Shown: in pieces, positions 36,195 to 46,300 of the stretch
Numbering within the stretch: the stretch's first letter is position 1
Layout: each line of letters starts with the position of its first letter
Assembly (NCBI GenBank): GCA_020891255.1
Contig: BQFW01000009.1
Location: 310,001-374,000 of the forward strand
Direction of reading: 5' to 3'
DNA from: Entomortierella parvispora E1425
Taxonomy: Eukaryota > Fungi > Mortierellomycota
Length of the DNA stretch: 64,000 nt
Translations under genes and position numbers: made by a program
Notes under the pieces: model-generated
What the model saw: only the letters and a program-made list of their open reading frames with translations
Told to the model about the DNA's origin: nothing
The model's database searches: none

Positions 36195-39102
36195 GAGCAC
36201 GCCTTCTCCAATTCAAACGGGAATGGGAGGAGATGACAGATTCAACTTGGGTCAACAACATTGTCAGCAAGGGGTACTCGATCGTCTTCAGCAAACCACC
36301 GCCAATGCGCCTCCCACCAATCCACGATCCCTACACCACACCAGCGGAGAAGGAGGAAATAAACAAAGAGATCGTTTCTTTATTACAAAAAAGGGCCATA
36401 GAAGAATGCTCAGGCTGGGGATATTACAGCCGTCTATTCACAATACCCAAGAAGACAGGGGGCCTCCGCCCTGTCCTCAACCTTCGACCTCTCAACCAAC
36501 ACCTGAAGGCCCCACATTTCAAGATGGAGACGCTCACTCACATCTGCCAAATGTTGCGGCCGAAGGATTGGTTGACATCAATCGACTTAAGCGACGCCTT
36601 CCTCCACGTCGCCGTACAGCCGAAAAGTCGACGCTACCTACGCTTCCGATGGCACGGGAAGACATATCAGTTCAGGACCCTTCCATTCGGTCTCTCACTG
36701 TCCCCTTACGTCTTCACCAAGATCATACGACCCATCCTGCAGTGGGCACGCAAACAGGGGATCCGCATTTCAGCATATTTAGACGACATATTAGTTACCG
36801 CAACCAGCAGAGAAGAGTCAGAAAGACACACTCTCATGGTACGTCAGAAGCTGGAACGACTGGGATTCCTCATTCAGAACGAGAAATCAATGCTTACGCC
36901 TTTGCAACAGATCAATCACCTGGGATTTCACATAGACACCGTCCAAATGTCACTGTCAGTCCCGGGGAACAAGATCCGAGACCTGAGGAGAGAAGCCAAC
37001 AAGATGCTGCAGGCAGCAGCAGTCCCGCTGAAGAGATTGGCGTCCTTCATAGGGAGAGCGATGTCCATGACAGTGGCCATCTTTCCAGCACGACTAAAGA
37101 CGCGCCGACTCATCCAAGCTCAGAACTCAGCATTAGCAAGGAACTGCCCATGGACGGAGTCTGTCACACTGGACCACCAATCGAAAGAGGATCTTCAATG
37201 GTGGTGCAAAAACCTGTCGACATGGAATGGTCAGGGATTCCTCCCCCAGAGGTCAGAGATCGATGTATTCACGGATGCATCTCAGGACGCATGGGGGATA
37301 GTCTACGAGGACGAGGAGATCTCGAAGACATGGACACAGGAGGAGCAACCGTATCACATCAATTACAAGGAATTGAAGGTGATATGGCATCTGATACACC
37401 TGCCGGACATGCGCGGCAGGACAATCCAGGTAATCTGCGACAATACGACGGCAATTGCGCAGATAAACAAGTTTGGAGGGACCAAATCAAAGCGATTGCT
37501 GGACCTAGCAACACAAATTTGGGACTATTGCATCAAGACGGGAACCCGACTCATGACAACGTACGTACCGTCTCAGTTCAATCCAGCCGACTCACCATCG
37601 AGACGCATGACAGCACAGTTGGAGTGGTCGATCAACAACTCGTTCTATCGACAGCTAGACTCGACCTGGGGGCATCACTCAGTCGATCTATTCGCCACGG
37701 CAAAGAACGCGAAGACTCAACGCTACGTCTCCTGGATGCACGAGGAGACAGCGTGGAGACAGGATGCGTTCAGCTTCAGTTGGAAGGACCTGGGCCGAGT
37801 CTACATCTGCCCACCGTGGTCACTCCTCAACCGAGTCCTGGAGAAGATCAGAACGGACAAGGTGCAGGCGACAGTGATCACACCACAGTGGCCTGCTATG
37901 ATTTGGTACCCTACAATCCAGGCCATGTCAACACACAGCCCAATCCCAGTACCGAGGACAATGGTACAACCCGCACCAGGAAACAGCCCACAGCCACTGG
38001 AGCGGAACCCCATGTGGCAGTTAACAGCGTGGAGCGTCGACGGCAGCAAGCTGTGACCACAGGGGCCGACGCAGGAGTCATTCGCCGATTGTTTGACTCC
38101 AAATCCGCTCAGGAAAGGAACAAGAGCACATCGAGTCAACGAACATTCACGCAATGGATGCAGGAGAGAGGTCGACCACTAGAGGATACCTCACCTACGG
38201 ACTTGATGAACTTCCTGAACTATGGAGTGGAGATTAGGGCTTGGAAGCCGCAAACGGCCCGAGCCTACTTGTCATCAGTACTCAAACTCTTCCCGAGGGA
38301 CCGTCAGGAAGAGTGGCGAGCGGATGAAAATCTGTCAGATTTTCTAAAGGTCATTGGTGCACACACACTCAAGCGGCTACGTCACGACGACGCGGATACG
38401 ACACCTATCTTCATCGAGATCCTCAAGAAGGGTGAGAACAAGGGCCTAAACATTAGGCACTTGACATCGAAGACATGCTTCTTGCTGGGACTGGTAGGAC
38501 TCCTTCGACCGGACGACTTGGCTTGTATAGACACAAAGCAGTGCCGAATTCGAGATGGAGTGCTGGAATTGACCATCGTCTCTCCCAAGGAACGTCGAGA
38601 TGGACAACGCATTATCAAGACCGTCTTGATACATCCGCACACAGATCCAATCTTTTGCCCGGTAGAAGTGTATCAGGAGTACCGTAGGCGTACTGAGAAA
38701 CACGACGAACATGCAAGGCAGCAACACCCCAAGCTGGACAAGGAGTTGTTGGAGGTTGAAATAATACCCCTAATCAGGGAGATCAGCTATGGCAAATCGC
38801 CTCTGGGAGCAGAGAGAATCTCCAAGTACCTTGCCGTCCTCCTGGATCTGATGCCCAGAGAGAAGGGGCAACCCCGCCCAAAGGTCAGGGCGCTGGGAGC
38901 TACGAACGCCCTCAAGAAAGGGGTTCCGTTGGAGGAAGTGACCGTTCAAGGGAACTGGTCATCGCCTACCATGGTGGAGAACTACTATCGAATTTCAAGG
39001 ACCCTCGTTAGCAACTTCACCAACACTCTTCTTCCCCGACATCTGGATTCACAGATAGAGTCCCTTGGAGGGGGAAGAATAATGTCTAGCGTTGCCGAAT
39101 GA
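35293..39102 (+). CDS. DIRS tyrosine recombinase ORF (catalytic region ~38060-39102) with a ~920-codon extension overlapping gag and pol
   Basis: SAM-like FTQW..DLMNFL..TARAYLSSV, GLLRPDDL, SPKE, HPHTDPIFCPV, PKVRALGAT, GNWSS and NYY. Confidence 0.9.
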   Translation: MPPPNLPPTLPPWQLRSYLLPRNYLTKIDSSRSYRTKPLRATFVLDKWSTRVTEQPLSYNTRNFRISTQQSHKNTSSTLSSLQDITSLTGTTITTPMVWSTKHHQSWNIRASPSQSWLANMSRTWPRFRDTWPTPRDCSTHSSTKFSHMKWTQTSSPSTSFHLSTLPASWYLTTPPRSASCGRTSISAIWNSQLQSPRRMLSSLWKTSPNVERLWTSSARLTPSQASRKARDPCIRNPGSRRSNPRTQTRNLPTRSQRSQQIAVTVAAGTTALTRPESRATTTTTSLQETRETDQRRSASRSTPSPIQTGMGGDDRFNLGQQHCQQGVLDRLQQTTANAPPTNPRSLHHTSGEGGNKQRDRFFITKKGHRRMLRLGILQPSIHNTQEDRGPPPCPQPSTSQPTPEGPTFQDGDAHSHLPNVAAEGLVDINRLKRRLPPRRRTAEKSTLPTLPMAREDISVQDPSIRSLTVPLRLHQDHTTHPAVGTQTGDPHFSIFRRHISYRNQQRRVRKTHSHGTSEAGTTGIPHSEREINAYAFATDQSPGISHRHRPNVTVSPGEQDPRPEERSQQDAAGSSSPAEEIGVLHRESDVHDSGHLSSTTKDAPTHPSSELSISKELPMDGVCHTGPPIERGSSMVVQKPVDMEWSGIPPPEVRDRCIHGCISGRMGDSLRGRGDLEDMDTGGATVSHQLQGIEGDMASDTPAGHARQDNPGNLRQYDGNCADKQVWRDQIKAIAGPSNTNLGLLHQDGNPTHDNVRTVSVQSSRLTIETHDSTVGVVDQQLVLSTARLDLGASLSRSIRHGKEREDSTLRLLDARGDSVETGCVQLQLEGPGPSLHLPTVVTPQPSPGEDQNGQGAGDSDHTTVACYDLVPYNPGHVNTQPNPSTEDNGTTRTRKQPTATGAEPHVAVNSVERRRQQAVTTGADAGVIRRLFDSKSAQERNKSTSSQRTFTQWMQERGRPLEDTSPTDLMNFLNYGVEIRAWKPQTARAYLSSVLKLFPRDRQEEWRADENLSDFLKVIGAHTLKRLRHDDADTTPIFIEILKKGENKGLNIRHLTSKTCFLLGLVGLLRPDDLACIDTKQCRIRDGVLELTIVSPKERRDGQRIIKTVLIHPHTDPIFCPVEVYQEYRRRTEKHDEHARQQHPKLDKELLEVEIIPLIREISYGKSPLGAERISKYLAVLLDLMPREKGQPRPKVRALGATNALKKGVPLEEVTVQGNWSSPTMVENYYRISRTLVSNFTNTLLPRHLDSQIESLGGGRIMSSVAE
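36164..38056 (+). CDS. DIRS pol: reverse transcriptase, RNase H and Dam-like methyltransferase domain (probably reached by -1 frameshift)
   Basis: PVGARL..W..IVSKGY, YYSRLFTIPKK.GGLRPVLNLRPLN, IDLSDAFLHV, LPFGLSLSP, YLDD (36776-36787), FTDAS, HINYKEL, CDN, VDLFAT..DAF..CPPW. Confidence 0.95.
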   Translation, partial: GKRIREGAPVGARLLQFKREWEEMTDSTWVNNIVSKGYSIVFSKPPPMRLPPIHDPYTTPAEKEEINKEIVSLLQKRAIEECSGWGYYSRLFTIPKKTGGLRPVLNLRPLNQHLKAPHFKMETLTHICQMLRPKDWLTSIDLSDAFLHVAVQPKSRRYLRFRWHGKTYQFRTLPFGLSLSPYVFTKIIRPILQWARKQGIRISAYLDDILVTATSREESERHTLMVRQKLERLGFLIQNEKSMLTPLQQINHLGFHIDTVQMSLSVPGNKIRDLRREANKMLQAAAVPLKRLASFIGRAMSMTVAIFPARLKTRRLIQAQNSALARNCPWTESVTLDHQSKEDLQWWCKNLSTWNGQGFLPQRSEIDVFTDASQDAWGIVYEDEEISKTWTQEEQPYHINYKELKVIWHLIHLPDMRGRTIQVICDNTTAIAQINKFGGTKSKRLLDLATQIWDYCIKTGTRLMTTYVPSQFNPADSPSRRMTAQLEWSINNSFYRQLDSTWGHHSVDLFATAKNAKTQRYVSWMHEETAWRQDAFSFSWKDLGRVYICPPWSLLNRVLEKIRTDKVQATVITPQWPAMIWYPTIQAMSTHSPIPVPRTMVQPAPGNSPQPLERNPMWQLTAWSVDGSKL

Positions 39103-39153
39103 AATGAAGGCTAAAGCAACATTTATTCGACACCGACAAGGGACTCTAGATGT
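39056..39153 (+). other. Internal complementary region (ICR)
   Basis: 39056-39082 is the reverse complement of left end 35104-35130. 39083-39153 is the reverse complement of right end 39281-39351. Confidence 0.96.
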
Positions 39154-39188
39154 CCCACCCGGCCCGCCCTAGGCATATCTTTGCGAGT

Positions 39189-39296
39189 AGATGGAGATCT
39201 GAGAGATGCATCGAGAGATCCCTTTATTGCAGAGCAATTTTTTCTTTGGAGTCACGTGAGATCAATAAAGAAAGATACACACATCTAGAGTCCCTT
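39189..39296 (-). repeat. Right inverted terminal repeat (108 bp), followed by a 55-nt right extension (39297-39351)
   Basis: Exact reverse complement of the left ITR; contains AATAAA on the + strand. Confidence 0.97.
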
Positions 39297-39402
39297 GTCG
39301 GTGTCGAATAAATGTTGCTTTAGCCTTCATTTCATTCGGCAACGCTAGACAGTTGAGACATTCTCATTTGACCCTTTCTTCTCTCTCGATCCGATTTCCT
39401 CG

Positions 39403-42400
39403 ATGGTCTGCATCAACAACCTGCAGGAGATGCGGCGCGATCTCGCTATGAGATTTCCCCACATCACCTCTCTGTGCCCAGGACGTGCTAATGGTGACGG
39501 TGCCAACAAGGAGAATGATGGCAACAATGGCCAAAATCTTCAAGGCGCGTTTCAGTCTTGTGCATTAGAGGCGCCCGACAAGTACATCTTTGGCAAGAAA
39601 TCACCTTGGCGAGACTCTTTGTCTGTGACTCAGTCCCGGGCCATTCCTACCAGACCTTCAAGTCCAAGGGTCAACTCGGTCCCTCTTGTAAATAGACTGG
39701 AAAATTATCTGATCATCGAAGTGCTGAAGTTACTGCGACTGATGCCCTTACTCCTACTTCATGGATGCATGTGCCTAGAATACGAATGTAGGCCCAAGCA
39801 GTGCAAGAGACAGTCCTATAGGAGACACCATGAATTTTAGGAATTCCTCCGAGCCGAGAGCAATATCCACGTCGTGGCAAAATGTATCTAGCGTACGACC
39901 AACGCCAACGGACTCTGTTCCCGCGGCAGCGATAACGCGGGTGGGGGGAATACAACCGGCAGTACAGTCGGCAGCTCTGTCTGCGGCAAAAGAAACCAGC
40001 AGTGTTCATACTGGTAACTGGAGAAACGAAGACCAGGTATTTTGCTTGCTACAGATCCGTGTGCTCATGTATAAAGTGTTGATATCAGAACGCAATTGAG
40101 CTGAACATTTTCGCTTCTTTGCACCACTAGGTTCAGCCCACAAGTGTTAGCAGGCGTGCTCAGCCTACTCCTTCTGTTTCTTCCCCAGTCGAGGATATCA
40201 ACAGAATTGATGACGACATATCGCTGGATGAATTGGAGGCACTTGCACGATCTGCACTGGAGGAACGCCAGCGCCTTAGTGATGAGTACATGAGCCGCGA
40301 CGAGGCAGGGGAGGATGTATCTGCTATCAAGGAGCAGAGGCGACTTATGGGCATCAGGGTCACAGCCCTTCAGGAACAACTGAGAATCAGGAAGGAGACT
40401 GTAGGGGCAAAGTCCGACCTTACAAACACGACAGGGGCTGCTGGCCGCAGATCTCCTCAGCCAACGGTCTGGGGTGGAGGTTTTCAAAACCAAAACACCA
40501 GCTATAATCAAAACACTAGCTATACCGGCAATACCAGTCACTCCAGAAATACTGGCAATGGCGGAAGTGGGTTCGATAGATCCTCTCCAGGTCATCTTGG
40601 ATCGACATCTGTATGTGGCTCTGAAAGCAGACCACTCGTCTCTCATATATCCAGCTCAACATTCAACCCATATTCGACAAATGGAGCAGGCAGGATACCG
40701 CCAGTGACGACTTTGTCGACTGCACAGTCGACATCCACAGCTCATGAGTCATCAGGAGAGCGTCATCCGTGGTCCCGTCGTGTTAGAGTGGCTCTACGAG
40801 AGCGCTTTGGATTGCAAGAGTTTCGTCCCAACCAGCTGGCCGCAATTAATGCCACTTTATCTGGTCAAGATGTTTTCGTTCTTATGCCGACTGGAGGTGG
40901 AAAGTCCCTTTGCTACCAACTGCCAGCGACAATCGGTAATGCAGTCTCGAGCGACGCCCCGTCAGGGGTTACGATTGTCATCTCGCCTCTTATCAGTTTG
41001 ATGCAGGATCAAGTAATGCACCTCATTGAGAAGGGAATCCCCGCTGTTATTCTTCATGGAACCCTTGAGGCGGACCTGCGGCGATCAATCTTTGCAGAGC
41101 TGGACAAGGAGATGCCTATGGTAAAGATGGTTTATATGACACCCGAAATGTTGTATCGGAGTCAACAGGCGCAATCTGCCCTGAACCGTCTTCATACCCG
41201 TGGTCTACTGGCAAGATTTGTGATTGACGAGGCTCACTGTCTCAGTCAATGGGGTCATGACTTCCGACCTGACTACAAAGAGCTTGGGCAACTCAAGGTT
41301 ACTTTTCCAGGTATCCCGCTCATGGCTCTGACAGCAACCGCAAACGCCAAAGTGCAACAGGATGTGCTGGTGAATTTGCGGATGCAGAACTATTTGGTAC
41401 TCAAGCAGTCTTTCAACCGAAAAAACCTGTACTACGAGGTGCGGCCAAAGACAGGACAAATTCATGCCGATATTTATTCTTTTATCAGGGCATCACATCC
41501 AGGAGCCTGCGGAATTATTTATTGCACAAGCAAGCGTGCCTGTGAGGAGATGGCGGACAAACTCCGGAACGAGTACAGGCTCAGTGCGCAGCATTACCAC
41601 GCTGGACTTGACAAGTCGGACCGAATTGCTATTCAAAAGTCGTGGCAGGTGGGAGCGACACATATTATTGTTGCCACAGTTGCGTTTGGAATGGGTATCG
41701 ACAAACCCAACGTGCGATTTGTCATTCACCACTCGTTGCCACAATCTGTGGAGGGATACTATCAAGAAACTGGGCGTGCGGGCCGTGACGGTGATAATGC
41801 ACAATGCGTCCTTTATTACAACTATGGCGATAAGAAGACGATTGATTTCATGATTGACAAGGGGGAGGGCAGCTGGGAGACAAAGCAGCGTCAAAGAGAC
41901 AACCTCAAGCAGATGATCATGTATTGTGAAAACAAGATGGATTGTCGGCGTGCACAGGTCCTGGCCTACTTCGGAGAATCTTTTTCACCCGACCAATGCG
42001 CCAACACTTGCGACAACTGCAAAAGGGCGCAAAAGTTTGAACTCAAGAGCGTTACTACAGAGGCAAAGGCGTTCATCGGACTGGTTCGACAAGTCGTGTA
42101 CAGGGAAGATCTGTACACGAGGATGAACATGCACAACTACAGGTCACGGTCAGATACAGCGCGATATACACTCTTGTATTTCGTGGATTTGTTCAAAGGC
42201 GCTAAACACAAGCGGATCTTGGATCTTGGTCATGAGCGACTGGAGGGATATGGCGTTGGAAAAAGTTGGACAAGAACCGATGCTGAAAGAATCGCGCGAT
42301 TGTTGGTCTCCAAAAAAATCCTGGAGGAGCGCGTTGAGATGACGGCTCAGCATTTCGCGAGCTACGCGTATATTGGCCCGAGTGCTCCGGATGTCGTGAA

Positions 42401-42970
42401 TGGGAGACTCGAGGTCACGATACCGTTTGCAGTTGGTGTAAGTGTGTGTTGTTTTTCTTTGAGGGTTGATTTTTTTTATGCAGGCAGAAATTCGTCTCAT
42501 TCCCATTACTCGATTGGAAATAATAGAATACGAGCATCTCCACGGTGACGAAGAAAAGGACCAAGAAAACCAATATTAGCACAGAGAGTAGTGTGGCAGG
42601 TACTTCTTCCACGGCCAAAGGCGCTGGCTCAAGGGCAGCCAAAGCAACCAAGACGAGCCGCATCACCACGGCTGTTTTGAGGGAGGAAGATGAGGCGGAT
42701 TCTACTGGGGACGTTTTAAACGATGACGACCTCATGATAGGATGGGACGACGACGAGGTTGTTACAGATCAAGTGGACCCGGAGTTGACTGCCATAGATG
42801 ACTATGATGATGATTTCCGGCAGGATCTTTCTCGCTTTGCTGCTCCGGCAAAAAGAGCAGGACGAGACGAAGTCGACAGCGCAGAGGAGGAGGAGTTTTA
42901 CGACGCCAATGATTTCGATTCAGACGAGCACGAGCCGCCGCAAGCCAGTCGCAAGCGTGGACGGTATTGA
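39403..42970 (+). CDS. SGS1: RecQ-family DNA helicase (Sgs1/BLM-like), 4 predicted exons
   Basis: FRPNQLAAIN, MPTGGGKSLCYQLP, VISPLISLMQDQ, VIDEAHCLSQWGHDFRPDY, ATVAFGMGIDKPNVRFVIH, YYQETGRAGRDG and the Zn site CRR..CDNC. The N-terminal exon model is less certain. Confidence 0.93.
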
Positions 42971-43399
42971 GTAGTCAAGTCGTTATTGAAACAGGCATCA
43001 AGGCTGCTCTATCCCACGTCAGTAAACCTGCTATATTATTAGACGATCGTGCCCATGACCGACAGCAAAGGACAGAGCAAGATCGATGAGGGCAGGACCC
43101 AAAGAAACATGAAATAAACTGGATGAAAAAAGAGCCCTCACAGCGCAGTCACATTTGGACGCGCAACGTCAGGACACGCGTCCGCGCGACGCGGATGATT
43201 ACTGGATGGAATGGAATGGAATTGGCCTTCGTTCCTTTTGTTCTCTTTCTCTCTTCATTCGTTCCTTTTGCACCCCATCACTTCTTCCTTGTCATCTCTT
43301 TTGTCTTTGTCATTCTCTCTCTCTCGCTCACTCACTCTCCTCATCGCTCTTGCTCTTGCTCCGGCAATCCTTCTTCCTTCTTCCTCCCTCATCTGCATC

Positions 43400-46300
43400 A
43401 TGGCTGACAAAGATCTGCGTAAAGACTCAATGTCATGTTTACGAGCATTGCATCAACTCGACCCTCGACCCTCGACATCATCCAAACTCACATGATTCTC
43501 TTTTCTTTTGGTTCACTCATTTTCCTCTTTTGCAGAATTGCTGGACAATGTCGAACTGAGGTTCGCATTGGCAGAGACAGATGCTCAGCTGGAAAAGACC
43601 CTTGCTACCTTTCTCTGTCCAGTCTTGCTGAAGCTGGCGAGCCCTGTAGAAGCTGTCCGAGCAAAAGTACGCCCACCCATTCCTTTCATCGTTGTTGTGC
43701 ACCACTTTTCTGCAAGATTTCTAACCGCTTGTTGATTTTGCATGTTCTTGCTACCTAGGTAGTCGGTATTTTGACCCACATTAATAAGCGGATCAGGCCC
43801 AAGCCCTCGATCAAACTTCCGTTGGCACCTTTGCTTCAGCAGTTCTCAGACAATGGTTCGGTGCTGGTCAAGAACTTTACCCTGATCTATGTTGAGCTTG
43901 GATTTGAGAGGGTCGAGCTGGAAGTGAGTGCCTACACCCTCGTTGTTGTCAGTTGTACAAGTCCTATTCCTGTAAATCTGTTGCAGTCAGTCTAAACCTT
44001 TTTATTTATATTGTTTTTGAATCAAAAAATAGGAAAAAGTAGCCTCCCTTCCAAAGTTGATCAAAGGAATTTCTCAGCGACCGGCTGCACAGCAAACAAC
44101 AATTGTGCACATGGTTCTTCCTGTAAGTGCGGGAATGGTTAAACCAAGGATGTCTAACACGGCTTTGTCTTTAATCCGATCTTCAGGATAACTAATCGCC
44201 ATTTTTTTTTTGGCTCCCTCGATTATAGGCTTTGGCACAGATCAAGCAACATAATGAAGATAACACGACCTCAGACCCTTACGAGTTTTTGACCCACCCT
44301 GCGGATGCCATCTGTATCCTCACTCGCTTGCAGGATGTGCTTCTTTACCGCCAACCCACTATCGTCACTCCAACCGGACATAGCCATGGAACCAACAACT
44401 CAGGACCCTCTAGGTAATGCAACAGTTGTAGCATCATCAAGATGTGACTCAAATCATCCAGCATCCATTATCGTTATTGACTGCATATTTCAATTTTAGT
44501 CCATTGACTGGCGCGACGCCTGCTGCATCAACAACACCTGCTTCAGCAACTCCTGACGGCATGAGTCCCCAGTCAGTCCTTAACACGACCTACAATGGAA
44601 AAGCAACTTGGGCAAATTCTAGTGAGCTCAAGAACATCAAAGTGAGTTCTTATGGTGGTAATTCAAAATATCGATATGTTTGTCCAATAATACTAATATA
44701 CAAACTTCATGTCTAGACGGGAGCTCTTCGTTTTATCTGCTCGACAACTGCCTTCCCAGATGCCCTGCCATTGCCAGTGCAACTGGAACGCTTTATTGCC
44801 ATGATTGCAGCTACAGGAGATTCATACTATGAAGCATCAAGCATGGGCGAGGATGGCTTGAAGCGGACTAAATTACCAGACTTGGAGGATAAGCTTGTCG
44901 TGGACCGACTTTTTCAAATGTTCCAAGGATTCAACAGAGGAAAGCCGGTTGCAGGTATGACAAGCTGCCTATGGGGGTTTATTTTTTCCAATTTCCATAT
45001 AGTTCCAAGTCTGACAAGATATCCAACCGCCTGGATTACTTTCTTATTTCTGTTATATAGGTCAAGAGTCTATTTTCCGTCAACCTAGTTCGAATATTGT
45101 CAAACTCAAGATCATGGGCTATCTTTCCAAATCGAAAACAGCGGCAGAGTCGTTCCCTTCCGCCCTTCAGGTCTCCTTTGACTGTCTCTATGGACCAAAG
45201 ACAAATACTAAGCTCGTCATGGCAGGAATGGCCTTTGTTCAATGGATGGCTAGAATGAGCTCCGAGGCGACTTTGGCACCAATTGCACCTGTTCTTGTGT
45301 CTGGATTGTTGAAATACACTCGGGAGAATGAAGAGGCCAGAGGATTAGGTACCGCTTTTTATCATGCAAGGCAGTTTTTACTACCTCACAGGTATCTGTA
45401 CTGACTTGACTTGACGGTGCTCTGTATCTTTCACAATCATAGAAAGCGACGCAGCAAAAGGATTCGCATACGTGGCCATTAGCTTGATCTCAAAGCGAAG
45501 TAAGGGCGTTTTTTTTTTTTTTTTTGAGAAAGTTATGACTATGTATCTGAAATATGTTAAAGTACCTGAGATCTAACGCCACCATGTAGTCCCAAGCATT
45601 TTCAGAAAGGATTTGTCGATCGTGGAAGGATTCTTTGAGCAATTGGCAACTCAGCCACCAAATGTGAAGACATATATCCAAGAAGCTATTTGCACAATGC
45701 TGGATGCATTCCAGCCACTAAAGGACTGGGCTGCAGAGGAAGACACTACCAGAATCGTATCCATGATTGAGCACAATATGAACAAGGTAGGCTGAATTAA
45801 TACCGGCAGATAAAATGTTGCCTTGAAAAAGAGTGAAATATAGTCTAATCAAAGATACCTATCTCTAGGATGAACACCAGGCTCGTTACTGTGCCGTCAA
45901 GTACGCAACTGGGCTCTTTGATTTCTCGGATATTGCCTCAAAGTATATTTGCTTGATGACCATTGCGGACGAAAAGCTCGAGATCCGCGAGGAAGCAAAG
46001 AGGGGACTGACCTTCCCAACTGCAGGCACCCTTTCGGAAAATACCGCCGCCGGTGGTAGATCCATCCTTCCAGACTTTATCAAATTGGTGGACATGATCA
46101 ATTTCAAGTCCAAGACCTTGCAGAACCGTACAGACGAGGTCCTCTCCAAGCCTACTTTTGGAAAGGCGTTCATCATGGGATTCCCCTCTGAAGTCTTTAT
46201 CCATATCCTGGAGTTCTTCCGACGACTTCTCATCACTAGTGCCGATCCGGATGTAATTATCGAGGAGTCGTCGAATGAGTATGAGCTGCAGCAGTTTGTC

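Larger units (their letters stand above)
35104..39351 (+). mobile_element. Full-length DIRS1-type tyrosine-recombinase retrotransposon (4,248 bp)
   Basis: Inverted terminal repeats, internal complementary region, gag, RT/RNase H/methyltransferase and YR ORFs, all uninterrupted. No target-site duplication evident. Confidence 0.96.
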
